This document shows, one piece after another, positions 17,553-26,362 of a stretch of DNA of 33,353 nt (position 1 is its first letter; each line of letters opens with the position of its first letter). A program made the translations under genes and the position numbers. Source of the DNA: an uncultured Clostridia bacterium (GTDB lineage: Bacteria > Bacillota > Clostridia > Christensenellales > CAG-917); assembly GCA_947628255.1 (NCBI GenBank), contig CANQZE010000003.1:1-33353 (forward strand). The letters run 5' to 3'. The notes under the pieces were generated by a model. It did not search any database. It saw only the letters and a list, made by a program, of their open reading frames with translations, and was not told where the DNA came from.

Positions 17553-18539
17553 TCATTTACGCTCGGTGCCGTCCTTTTCGCAAAGATAAACCTTGACAGT
17601 GCGGGGGTCTTTGGGAACAAATTTCTTTCCGTCCTCGACCGCTGCGTCTGAAAATACGAATTTTATTTGCTCGTGTTTGATATTCTCGGGCGTGAGATTT
17701 TTTGGGTACGGTTTTTCAAACAGCTCGCATAAAAGTGCGACCGTAGCGCACGCCTCCTCTTTGCGTGCTTTCAGACGTTCTTCCGCGCCAGGGTTGTCAA
17801 GATATTTTTTATAGTTTTCTTCGTGATCTTCCACGCCCGACTCTCCTTTGAGCGCGTGTTTCGTGGACTTGAGTTCGGCCAAAATGAGCGTGTAGCTTCC
17901 GTCCTCTTCCGCCTTCAGCCCAAGCAGATCCACCCTTCCCGACACATCTTTCTCATTTGCGTGCGGCTCGGTGTACTCGATGTCGTAATACACAAGGTCC
18001 TCATGCAGAAAATACGCGGCATAAAGTTGTTGCTGACGGTCCTTTTCAATGTTGTGGGATTTAAGGTGCCACTCCTTGCGGTCAAAGGCGTATTCGGTTT
18101 TATTAGGATCCAAAAAATCGTCGATAAGCCCCTTATAAATGCCCAAAACCTCCTTCAACTTCTCTTCTCCAAATCCAATGAGCGGAAATCTGACATATCT
18201 TCTGCTTGTGCTTTTGCCTTTTTCGGTGTCCGCGTCCGAAAAATTTGAAATATCGACGCCCATCTCGCTCAGGCGGTCGAGTATCTCGCGATAATTTTTC
18301 GTGAAACGCGCGTGGCGAAAATCGAATTCTCCTATCAATCCGCTTGCGGAATTTCGTATCCTAAGCAGTTGATGCGAGCGATAATACAGCGTCGAAAAAT
18401 CGCCTCGGAAACAAAGCGCAACGCTTTTTTTCCCCTCATCGAGGTTTTCGCGCACATAATCCACTATGCGATCTCTCATCGGTGACTTCGTCGTAAAAAA
18501 CTTTTGTACTTCCCCAGTTAAAATACGATCGGTTTTCAT
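17553..18539 (-). CDS. Hypothetical protein with PD-(D/E)xK-like nuclease motifs
   Basis: EKDRQQQL..YDIEY..GRVDLLG..LILAELKS fits the E...D...ExK layout. N-terminal FRGDFSTLYYRS domain. Confidence 0.6.
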   Translation of the reverse strand: MKTDRILTGEVQKFFTTKSPMRDRIVDYVRENLDEGKKSVALCFRGDFSTLYYRSHQLLRIRNSASGLIGEFDFRHARFTKNYREILDRLSEMGVDISNFSDADTEKGKSTSRRYVRFPLIGFGEEKLKEVLGIYKGLIDDFLDPNKTEYAFDRKEWHLKSHNIEKDRQQQLYAAYFLHEDLVYYDIEYTEPHANEKDVSGRVDLLGLKAEEDGSYTLILAELKSTKHALKGESGVEDHEENYKKYLDNPGAEERLKARKEEACATVALLCELFEKPYPKNLTPENIKHEQIKFVFSDAAVEDGKKFVPKDPRTVKVYLCEKDGTERK

Positions 18540-18554
18540 TTTAGGATTTCCTCC

Positions 18555-18917
18555 TCAGATCTTTTTAAAACAGCTTGCGGTCTTTATGCCCGTGAGTTCG
18601 TCGTTAAACCAGCACGGCTCCGCCTCATACCCGCGGTATATAAACTTGTACAGGTATCCAAAACACGCCCCCATTCCGCGCTTTGCCGTCTGGGACATCT
18701 TTATCTTGAATACATCCTTGCCAAGAACATCTCGTTCGTAAATTACAAACGTCTTTAGCGGCGGCGCCCCAAGAACGTCGTTTGCAAAGCGGATGTGCTC
18801 AAGCAACGCCTCGTCCCCAAGTAGATCCAAAAACATGGCGTAATACTCCCGCTCTTCCGTTACAAAAGTCTCCGTGCCCTTATAGGTCCTCAAAAATTCG
18901 CTTTCATTCCAATTCAT
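18555..18917 (-). CDS. Hypothetical protein (~120 aa), possible autoregulator/accessory protein
   Basis: GAGG RBS 7 nt before ATG 18917. Stop is 15 bp upstream of the nuclease-like gene, so the two are probably co-transcribed. Confidence 0.7.
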   Translation of the reverse strand: MNWNESEFLRTYKGTETFVTEEREYYAMFLDLLGDEALLEHIRFANDVLGAPPLKTFVIYERDVLGKDVFKIKMSQTAKRGMGACFGYLYKFIYRGYEAEPCWFNDELTGIKTASCFKKI

Positions 18918-18985
18918 ATGCAAACCTCGATTTGTATATTCAAATTTGCATATTCTAATATATACCTAAAAAAATGAAATGTCAA
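18916..18985 (-). promoter_or_regulatory. Sigma-A promoter with overlapping palindromic operators
   Basis: TTGACA-17-TATATT. Half-sites ATATGCAAA/TTTGTATAT and ATATTCAAA/TTTGCATAT at 18916-18953. Confidence 0.65.
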
Positions 18986-19008
18986 TACTTTTTTTAAATT
19001 TTTTTGAT

Positions 19009-19944
19009 TTATCCCACCAAAATGTGCATATTTCTTAGTTCTGCGTTTTTTATCTGCTTTTGGAGGGCAAAGCCGAAGGGTTCCAGATAGTTGCCCTCGA
19101 GGTGCGCGAGGTTTTGCACGTCCAGCTCCTTTATGACGGCGTGGGCTATGTCCTCGACTATCTCCGTCTTGACCTTGCTTCCCTGATTGTCGTTGTCCGC
19201 GGTGAGAAGATACTCCAGCGGATCGGCGAGGTCGGACATAACGGGCAGCTCGCGAAGGGCGCGGAAGGTCCATTTGAAATAGGGACAATGCTTGCGGTTC
19301 AACAAAAATATCGTCTGCGCGGCGCACTTCACAAACTCCGTGAGCGCGAGCATAGCGGCGCCCTCCTCGCCGTGAGAGAGACAGCGCGGATAGTTGTATT
19401 GCCCCGTCTGCGCCATACGCACGATGTTTGCGGCGAGCTTTTTGAGGCGGACGTCCTCGGGCATTCCGTGCAAAATGTCGTTTCTGATCCGCGTGAATTC
19501 GCCGAGGTCGTCGCGGAAGATCTCTCCGTTTGTCGCCTCGGCGAGGTATTCGCTCTCCGTGAACAGCCAATCCCTCAGCGTGACGGGTGCGCCCTCGCTC
19601 CCCGTATAGCGGCGGTAGAAGTCGCCTATGATCTGCACTCCCTGCGAATTTGCGCCTATCGCGCTCGTATGCGCAAGGCGGGTCCCCGCGTATTCGGACT
19701 TGACTCTGTCGTACGCGCGCGTGAGGCGATATCCTATCTTCTCCTCGTCCTCGCGCGTGAGAAAGAGGCACAATCCCGTCTCGAAATCGTGATCGCGGGA
19801 GATATCGTCGTCATAGCCGAAGCACTCCGACCCGTGTCCGCAAAGCCCCACCGCGACGCGGGAAGCGTACGGCAAAAACTCCCTGTCCAACATTTCGGCG
19901 ACGGCCTCGTTGTAAAATTTTCTTGCTTCCTCAATACCCTTCAT
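19009..19944 (-). CDS. DUF4037 domain protein (Pol-beta-type nucleotidyltransferase-like)
   Basis: AVGLCGHGSECFGYDDDISRDHD, LAEATNGEIFRDDLG, AQTGQYNYPRC and PYFKW. Confidence 0.8.
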   Translation of the reverse strand: MKGIEEARKFYNEAVAEMLDREFLPYASRVAVGLCGHGSECFGYDDDISRDHDFETGLCLFLTREDEEKIGYRLTRAYDRVKSEYAGTRLAHTSAIGANSQGVQIIGDFYRRYTGSEGAPVTLRDWLFTESEYLAEATNGEIFRDDLGEFTRIRNDILHGMPEDVRLKKLAANIVRMAQTGQYNYPRCLSHGEEGAAMLALTEFVKCAAQTIFLLNRKHCPYFKWTFRALRELPVMSDLADPLEYLLTADNDNQGSKVKTEIVEDIAHAVIKELDVQNLAHLEGNYLEPFGFALQKQIKNAELRNMHILVG

Positions 19945-20033
19945 ATCTCAAAACACGTTGTTTATATCGCAATTTACAGCGCATAAAGTCAAGTTTGTGC
20001 GTAAACTGACATTTGTTTCGATCACAAAAATCC

Positions 20034-20840
20034 TCACGCCTCGCCGCCGTTTGCACGGTAGATCGCTTTTGCGCGCTCTTCAAGTTCCTTCTTAAAGAGG
20101 AAATATCCGTGATAGCCGCAGGCGTCCGCCACCTTCATACAAACGTTCGCGTACGGGCCGTTCTGCTGTGCGCCTTCGCCCGTGAGCGCGGCGTAGGCAC
20201 GCTCGATATACTCGTCCGCCCTTCCGTCGTCGTCATTGCCCGCCGCCGCGTTTTCGTCGTCGATAAGTTTTGCGAGATTGACGTATGTTATGGCGACTTC
20301 GTTGACGTTGTCCTGCGCCTTCAAAATGTCAAGCGCCTTCAGATAGTGCGCCCTCGCCCCGTCAAATTTGCCGAGATCCGCAAGCGCGGTCGCATAGTTG
20401 TTGTGATAGCCCGCAAGGCGGTAGTCGTTTGGCTCTAGCTCACGCTCGTACACCTCGCGCGCGATATCATAATATTTGAGAGCCTCTTCCGCCTTTCCGA
20501 AAGCCTTCATAGTGGTAGCGACATTCAGATATACGGTGGCGTCCGCGACGGTGATCTCCTCCTCGACGGCCAAAAGTGCCAGCGCTTGCTCGCAGGCGGA
20601 AAGTCCCTTTTTCTCGTCTCCCTCGCGGCGGTAGTGTCCGACTTCCTCGCTCAAAATGACAAGCAAGCCGCGGTCGTCGCCGAGCGATTTCGCCTCTTTT
20701 TCCCAATAGTCCAACACGCGTTCCATCCCCGCGCCGTCGTTTTTGGCGGCAAGCTCGTCCAGCCTCTCGATGACCCGCGCGACGGGGACATAGCCTTGCG
20801 GCTCCTTTGAACAACTTGTGCAAGCGTTTCTATCTTTCAT
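20034..20840 (-). CDS. Tetratricopeptide repeat protein
   Basis: Helical repeats ATVYLNVATT..AEEALKYY, AGYHNNYATA..ARAHYLKAL and AITYVNLA. Start chosen at MKDRN. Confidence 0.82.
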   Translation of the reverse strand: MKDRNACTSCSKEPQGYVPVARVIERLDELAAKNDGAGMERVLDYWEKEAKSLGDDRGLLVILSEEVGHYRREGDEKKGLSACEQALALLAVEEEITVADATVYLNVATTMKAFGKAEEALKYYDIAREVYERELEPNDYRLAGYHNNYATALADLGKFDGARAHYLKALDILKAQDNVNEVAITYVNLAKLIDDENAAAGNDDDGRADEYIERAYAALTGEGAQQNGPYANVCMKVADACGYHGYFLFKKELEERAKAIYRANGGEA

Positions 20841-20968
20841 ATCTCGCCTCTGAAAAATTTGAGGATATTCATATCCCCGTTTGGATATCAATTTGACGCG
20901 CCTTCGCTCGATTACGGCAAAATCTCCGCCCCCGACAACAAGAGCGCAGGATCTCCGCCCCTAGATCG

Positions 20969-22504
20969 TCATTCCCACTCTATGGTCGCGGGAGGCTTGC
21001 CCGTGATGTCATAGACGACTCTCGACACGCCCTTCACCTCGTTGACGATGCGCGATGAGACGACGTCAAGCGTCTCATAGGGGATGTGCGCGTACTCGCA
21101 AGTCATAAAATCCGACGTCTTGACGGCGCGCAATCCCAAAACATAGTTGTAGGTGCGCCCGTCGCCCATCACGCCCACTGTGCGCATATCCGTCAGCACG
21201 GCGAAAAATTGGTCATATGCGAGGCCCGCCTTGGCAAGCTCCTCTCTATAAATATAGTCCGCGTCGCGGAGTATGTCGAGGCGCTCCTTTGTGATCTCGC
21301 CTATGCAACGCACCGCAAGCCCCGGCCCCGGGAAAGGCTGACGGCTCACGAGGGTCTCGTCCAGCCCCAACCGCCTGCCGAGCGCGCGCACTTCGTCCTT
21401 GAAGAGATATCTGAGCGGCTCCACTATCCCGATGAATTTTGTATCCTTCGGCAATCCGCCGACGTTATGGTGCGATTTGATGACGGCGCCCGTCGTAAGT
21501 CCGCTCTCCACGACGTCGGGATATATCGTGCCTTGCGCGAGGAAACTTCCCGCGAATTTCGAGCTTTCCTCCTCGAATACGCGCACGAACTCCTCTCCGA
21601 TTATCTTTCGCTTGCGTTCGGGTTCCGTAACGCCGGCGAGCTTGCCTAAAAACCGCTTTTCTGCGTCCACGCGCACAAAGTTTAGCGATTTGCCCTTGAA
21701 GGCGCGCTCGATCTCGTCGCCCTCGTTTTTGCGCATCATTCCGTGATCGACAAATATGCAGGTGAGCTGCCCCGGTATCGCCTTTTCGAGAATGGCCGCG
21801 CACACGGAGCTGTCCACGCCGCCGCTGAGGCCCAAAACCACTTGATGATCGCCGACCTGCTCCCGAATCGCCTTGATCTGCTTTTCGATGACGTCGTCGA
21901 TGTTGTAGTCTCCCTTCGCTCCGCACACTTTGTAGAGGAAGTTGCGCAACAGTTTGGTACCTTCCCGCGTGCGCTCCACTTCGGGATGGAACTGCACCGC
22001 ATACAATTTTCTCGCCTCATCGCACATTGCCGCCGTCGGGCAATCCGCCGTATGAGCGACGCCTCTGAAGCCTTGCGGCACGCGCGCGACATAGTCGGTG
22101 TGCGACATCAGCGTGACCGTCTCGCTCTTCAGCCCGTCGAAGAGGGCGCAAGTCGGATCGTCATAGGTCGCCGACACGGTGCCGTACTCGCTGACCGCGC
22201 ACGGCTTGACTTCGCCGCCGAGAGTGTACGCCATAAGTTGCATACCATAGCAGATGCCGAGGATGGGGATCCCCATCTCAAACAGCTCCTTGACGGTGTG
22301 CGGAGAGTCCGCGGCGTACACGCTGTGAGGTCCGCCCGTCAAAATGATACCGATGGGCGCGATCTGTTTGAGAGCGTCGATCGGGGTGTTGCCCGCAAGT
22401 ATTTGCGAATGCACTTTGCACTCCCTCACGCGCCTTGCGATCAACTCTTTGTACTGCCCGCCGAAGTCGAGTACGACAACGGTCTGATTGTTTTCTGTTG
22501 ACAT
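20969..22504 (-). CDS. guaA: GMP synthase (glutamine-hydrolysing)
   Basis: [36 protein letters not shown] and KPPATIEWE. Confidence 0.97.
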   Translation of the reverse strand: MSTENNQTVVVLDFGGQYKELIARRVRECKVHSQILAGNTPIDALKQIAPIGIILTGGPHSVYAADSPHTVKELFEMGIPILGICYGMQLMAYTLGGEVKPCAVSEYGTVSATYDDPTCALFDGLKSETVTLMSHTDYVARVPQGFRGVAHTADCPTAAMCDEARKLYAVQFHPEVERTREGTKLLRNFLYKVCGAKGDYNIDDVIEKQIKAIREQVGDHQVVLGLSGGVDSSVCAAILEKAIPGQLTCIFVDHGMMRKNEGDEIERAFKGKSLNFVRVDAEKRFLGKLAGVTEPERKRKIIGEEFVRVFEEESSKFAGSFLAQGTIYPDVVESGLTTGAVIKSHHNVGGLPKDTKFIGIVEPLRYLFKDEVRALGRRLGLDETLVSRQPFPGPGLAVRCIGEITKERLDILRDADYIYREELAKAGLAYDQFFAVLTDMRTVGVMGDGRTYNYVLGLRAVKTSDFMTCEYAHIPYETLDVVSSRIVNEVKGVSRVVYDITGKPPATIEWE

Positions 22505-22564
22505 AAAAGCCTCTTCAAATTGCGATTTTATATGTATAAACCCGCTTTTTGCGGGTTTACGCGT

Positions 22565-23836
22565 TTATCTGACTATGATCGCGTCGCGCTCCGCGCCGAC
22601 CGAGATATACTTGATTTTGCATCCGACCGACTTCTCGATGTACTCGATGTACGCTCTTGCCGCCTTCGGCAATTCCTCGTATTTGCGGCAATCTGCCGTG
22701 GAGCAATTCCAACCCTCGAGATATTCGATATTGGGCTTTGCGACGTTGAGCGCCTCGCCGGAGGGGAACTCGTCCACCGTCTTGCCGTTCACGCTGTAGC
22801 TCACGCACACGGGGATCTTGTCCATCCCGTCAAGGATGTCCAACTTTGTCAGCGCGATCTCGTCCGTCGCCTGCACCATACAACCGTATCTCGACGCGAC
22901 GACGTCAAAGCCTCCCACTCTGCGGGGACGTCCCGTTGCCGCGCCGTACTCGCCGCCCGCTTCTCTGAGCTTGTGCGCCTCTTCTCCGAACATCTCCGCC
23001 GTGAAGGGACCCTCGCCGACGCAGGTGGAGTACGCCTTCATAACGCCGATGGAGTTTTGCACTTTGCGGTTGGGTATGCCCGCGCCGATGGGACCGTACG
23101 CGGTGATCGTGGACGACGACGTCGTGTAGGGATAAATGCCGAAATCAATGTCCCTGAGCGCGCCGAGCTGTGCCTCGAGCATAACGTTTTTGCCCTCGTC
23201 AAGCGCCTTGTTGAGGAAGTATCCCGCGTCGCAGATGTAGTCTTTGAGCGGAGTCCCGTATTTTTCAAACCACTCGAGCATACCCTCGACGGTGTAGCCT
23301 TTCGCGCCGTAGCTTCCCTCTATGGTGAGGTTTTTCCACTCCACGATGGTCTCCAGCCTCGATCTCAGATATTCGGGGTGCAGGATGTCGCCCATTCTGA
23401 TCGCCTTTTTCATATATTTGTCAGCGTAGATGGGCGCGATGCCGCGGCGCGTGGAGCCGAATTTCTTGTCCGCGAGCCTGTCCTCTTCGAGGCAATCCTG
23501 CGCGACGTTGAACGGGCAACACACCACCGCTTTGTCGCTGATCTTGAGGTTTGCGGGCGTGATGACTATCCCCGCTTCCCTGAGGCGCGCAAGCTCCTTG
23601 GCGAGATGCTCGATGTCAATGACCATTCCTTGTCCCATCACGTTGATCTTGTCCTCGCGAAGTATCGCCGAGGGCAACAGATTGAGCACAAACTTGCCCT
23701 TATCGTTGATCACGGTGTGACCCGCGTTGTTGCCGCCCTGATATCTCACGACGATGTCCTGCGACTCGGCAAGCAGATCGACCATACGGCCCTTGCCCTC
23801 GTCGCCCCAGTTGATCCCTACAATTGAAGTAAGCAT
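22565..23836 (-). CDS. purA: Adenylosuccinate synthetase (divergent subtype)
   Basis: WGDEGKG, QGGNNAGHT, VGEGPF, EYGAATGRPRR and LTKLD. Confidence 0.93.
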   Translation of the reverse strand: MLTSIVGINWGDEGKGRMVDLLAESQDIVVRYQGGNNAGHTVINDKGKFVLNLLPSAILREDKINVMGQGMVIDIEHLAKELARLREAGIVITPANLKISDKAVVCCPFNVAQDCLEEDRLADKKFGSTRRGIAPIYADKYMKKAIRMGDILHPEYLRSRLETIVEWKNLTIEGSYGAKGYTVEGMLEWFEKYGTPLKDYICDAGYFLNKALDEGKNVMLEAQLGALRDIDFGIYPYTTSSSTITAYGPIGAGIPNRKVQNSIGVMKAYSTCVGEGPFTAEMFGEEAHKLREAGGEYGAATGRPRRVGGFDVVASRYGCMVQATDEIALTKLDILDGMDKIPVCVSYSVNGKTVDEFPSGEALNVAKPNIEYLEGWNCSTADCRKYEELPKAARAYIEYIEKSVGCKIKYISVGAERDAIIVR

Positions 23837-23902
23837 ATATTTGTCCCTCATCAAAAAATTATTTTCGTTTTTATGCTGTTCGCGCTTGTACCGCGCGTCC
23901 GC

Positions 23903-25345
23903 TCACACCTTGATGTCGTCCGTCTTGACAAACTTGTCCTTGTTTGCCTCGAGCAGAGGATCCACGACCTCGGCGACATATTCTTCCACCTGCTCCTTCG
24001 CCCTGCCCGTGAACTTTTTCGCGTCCACAAGGTCTTTGAGTTCGTCCTCGCTAAGCCCAAAAATCGGATCGTTCCCTATGCGTTCAAGCAGATCGTTTTC
24101 GCCGCCCTGCTCCTTTACGACAGCCGCCGCCGCGATGGAGTGTTTGCGGATCGCCTCGTGCAAAGTTTGCCTGTCGCCGCCCTTCTCGCTCACGCAATAC
24201 ATCAAGATGTTTTCCGTCGCCATAAAGGGCAACTCGCGAGCGAGATCCTTCTCGATTATGCGCGGATAGAGCTTCAGCCCGCTTATGATGTTGGCGTACA
24301 GCGCGAGAATCGCGTCCGTCGCAAGAAAAGCCTCGGGTATGGCGATGCGCCTCACGGCGCTGTCGTCAAGCGTGCGCTCAAACCACTGCGTCGCCGCCGT
24401 GATCGCGGGATTGAGCGTGTCCGTCATAACGTATCTCGCAAGCGAAGCTATGCGCTCGCTGCGCATCGGATTGCGCTTGTACGCCATCGCGGACGAGCCG
24501 ATCTGCCCCGCCTCGAAGGGTTCCTCCACCTCTTTCAAGTGGGAGAGCAATCTGATATCGTTGGAAAATTTCGCCGCGCTCTGAGCAATGCCCGCAAGCA
24601 CAGTCAGAATGTTGTAGTCCACTTTGCGCGTGTAGGTCTGCCCGCTTACGCTTACGCTGCCCGCAAAGCCCATCTTGTTTGCGATGAGTGCGTCGAGTTT
24701 TTTGACCTTGTCGTGATCGCCGTGGAAAAGCTCGAGAAAGCTCGCCGCCGTCCCCGTCGTCCCCTTGCACCCCAACAGGCGAAGCCTTTGAAGTTCGAAA
24801 TCGAGACTTTCGAGGTCAAGCACAAGATCCTGAAGCCACAGCGTCGCCCTCTTGCCGACCGTGGTTGGTTGCGCCGCTTGGAAATGCGTGTACGCAAGCG
24901 TCGCTACAGCCCTGTTTTGATAGGCGAAGTCTCTCACCGCCTTGATACAGCCGAGCAGCTCGCCGCGTATGAGTTCAAGCGCCTCGCGCATTTGTATGAC
25001 GTCCGTGTTGTCGCCCACAAAGCAACTCGTCGCGCCGAGATGTATGATGGGCATAGCCTTCGGACACGCCCTGCCGAACGTATGCACGTGCGCCATCACG
25101 TCGTGACGGACCTCGCGCTCCTTCTCGCGCGCAAAGTCATAGTCGATGTCATAGACGTGCGCCTTCATCTCCTCGATCTGCTCGTCCGTTATCGCGACGC
25201 CAAGCTCCTTTTCCGCCTCGGCGAGCGCGATCCACAGCTTGCGCCAAGTGCTGAACTTGAAATCGGACGAGAAGATATACTTCATCTTCTGTCCTGCGTA
25301 TCTCTCGCTCAGCGGCGATGTGTAAACATCCTTCGGCATATCCAT
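23903..25345 (-). CDS. purB: Adenylosuccinate lyase
   Basis: SPLSERY, RHDVMAH, IHLGATS, THFQAAQ and the fumarate-lyase signature GSSAMAYKRNP. GAGGTG RBS. Confidence 0.96.
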   Translation of the reverse strand: MDMPKDVYTSPLSERYAGQKMKYIFSSDFKFSTWRKLWIALAEAEKELGVAITDEQIEEMKAHVYDIDYDFAREKEREVRHDVMAHVHTFGRACPKAMPIIHLGATSCFVGDNTDVIQMREALELIRGELLGCIKAVRDFAYQNRAVATLAYTHFQAAQPTTVGKRATLWLQDLVLDLESLDFELQRLRLLGCKGTTGTAASFLELFHGDHDKVKKLDALIANKMGFAGSVSVSGQTYTRKVDYNILTVLAGIAQSAAKFSNDIRLLSHLKEVEEPFEAGQIGSSAMAYKRNPMRSERIASLARYVMTDTLNPAITAATQWFERTLDDSAVRRIAIPEAFLATDAILALYANIISGLKLYPRIIEKDLARELPFMATENILMYCVSEKGGDRQTLHEAIRKHSIAAAAVVKEQGGENDLLERIGNDPIFGLSEDELKDLVDAKKFTGRAKEQVEEYVAEVVDPLLEANKDKFVKTDDIKV

Positions 25346-25462
25346 TTTCCACCTCAAAAAAAGATTAAAAGCGTCCCTTAAAAGCAAAAAGTTCAGCCTT
25401 TTGAAACACTTTTACTCATACCGTCTATCCCAATATGTTATTTGGACAACTTGACCCTATAC

Positions 25463-25491
25463 AATATATCACTCGCGCGCGCGTTTGTCAA
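25463..25491 (-). promoter_or_regulatory. Sigma-A promoter of purB-purA-guaA
   Basis: TTGACA-17-TATATT with extended TG. Confidence 0.75.
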
Positions 25492-25634
25492 ATCCTGCCG
25501 CGCATTTGCGCAAAAATCGCTATAGAACAACTTCAGACAGAAAAATGCAAGTTCTAATAAGAGTTGACATCCATTTCCCTTGACCAATACCTGTGTTAGA
25601 CCTGTGATAATCAGTAAAATTGTTGCTTTTTCAA

Positions 25635-26099
25635 TATCATCCCGAACGCAGTAAAAAAATTCCACCGATTCACCCTGTCATCCCGAGCCTGTCGAAGGAT
25701 CCCTTTGTAATAACATTGTCATCCTGAGCTTGTCAAAGGATTCCCTTGCAATCGCCCCACATAACCGTTGCAATTGCTTCTAATATTTCCCTTATCAAGA
25801 CTATTTTTCATATCAAGGCGCCCTTTGTTTGTCCACAAAAATACAATGTTTTTGTGGGCAAATAAGGGGAGCTGTCCGCTCTATTGAGCGGACTGAGGGG
25901 ATTGTCCAAGCATTTATTTTTCCTGTCATTCTGAGCGAAGTCGAAGAATGCCTTGATTCGCCCTGTCATCCTGAGCTTGTCGAAGGATCCCCTGGTTCGA
26001 GCTTTCTTATGTTTTACGTCACGCCGTGTCCGAGGATTTAACACCACCCTCTGTCCGAGCGTTTATCAACGGGATTCTTCGACTTCGCTCAGAATGACA
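25635..26099. repeat. Cluster of REP/MITE-like palindromic repeats (TGTCATYCTGAGC..TCGAAGRATCCC family plus a second hairpin type)
   Basis: Direct copies at 25635 (degenerate), 25676, 25717, 25924 and 25964. The inverted copy at 26071-26099 matches 25924-25952 at 28/29. A different double hairpin sits at 25815-25905. Confidence 0.85.
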
Positions 26100-26301
26100 T
26101 AAAGGCAATCCATCATTGGAGACGATACGCAAGGCGTTCTGTCATCAAGCGACAGCCGGATCAAACTTCTACGCTTATTTCAACAGAATGTATAAATATA
26201 CGAGAAATTTGATTTTTATGCGATATAAACGGCAAAATTTTATAAAAAATTTATAAATATACAGCTGCTTAAAAATTTTTGAAAAAATTTGTTCAAACAG
26301 T

Positions 26302-26329
26302 TTGACTTTTGAAAGCAAAGGAATATAAT
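26302..26329 (+). promoter_or_regulatory. Sigma-A promoter of glutamine synthetase
   Basis: TTGACT-16-TATAAT. Confidence 0.7.
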
Positions 26330-26362
26330 GTGCGTATAAAAATTTTTCGGGAGATAAAGATT

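Noticed and set aside
22565-23836. PurZ (Z-genome) enzyme
   Set aside because: The catalytic Asp in GDEGKG is retained and the context is chromosomal purB/guaA.
22520-25381. Long + strand ORFs (435 and 502 aa; likewise 4780-5907, 7251-8285, 16295-17440, 19060-19986)
   Set aside because: These are antisense shadows of well-supported genes, with no recognisable motifs or RBS.
25438-26047. Small ORFs in the purB-glnA intergenic region
   Set aside because: They overlap the promoter and palindromic repeats, and lack a credible RBS or protein motifs.
25635-26099. CRISPR array
   Set aside because: Repeats are irregularly spaced and degenerate, one is inverted, and no cas genes are present.
26090-26150. 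ANTAR dual-hairpin upstream of glnA (AAAGGC/GCAAGGCG)
   Set aside because: The stems do not form proper hexaloop pairs, and the site lies upstream of the predicted promoter.
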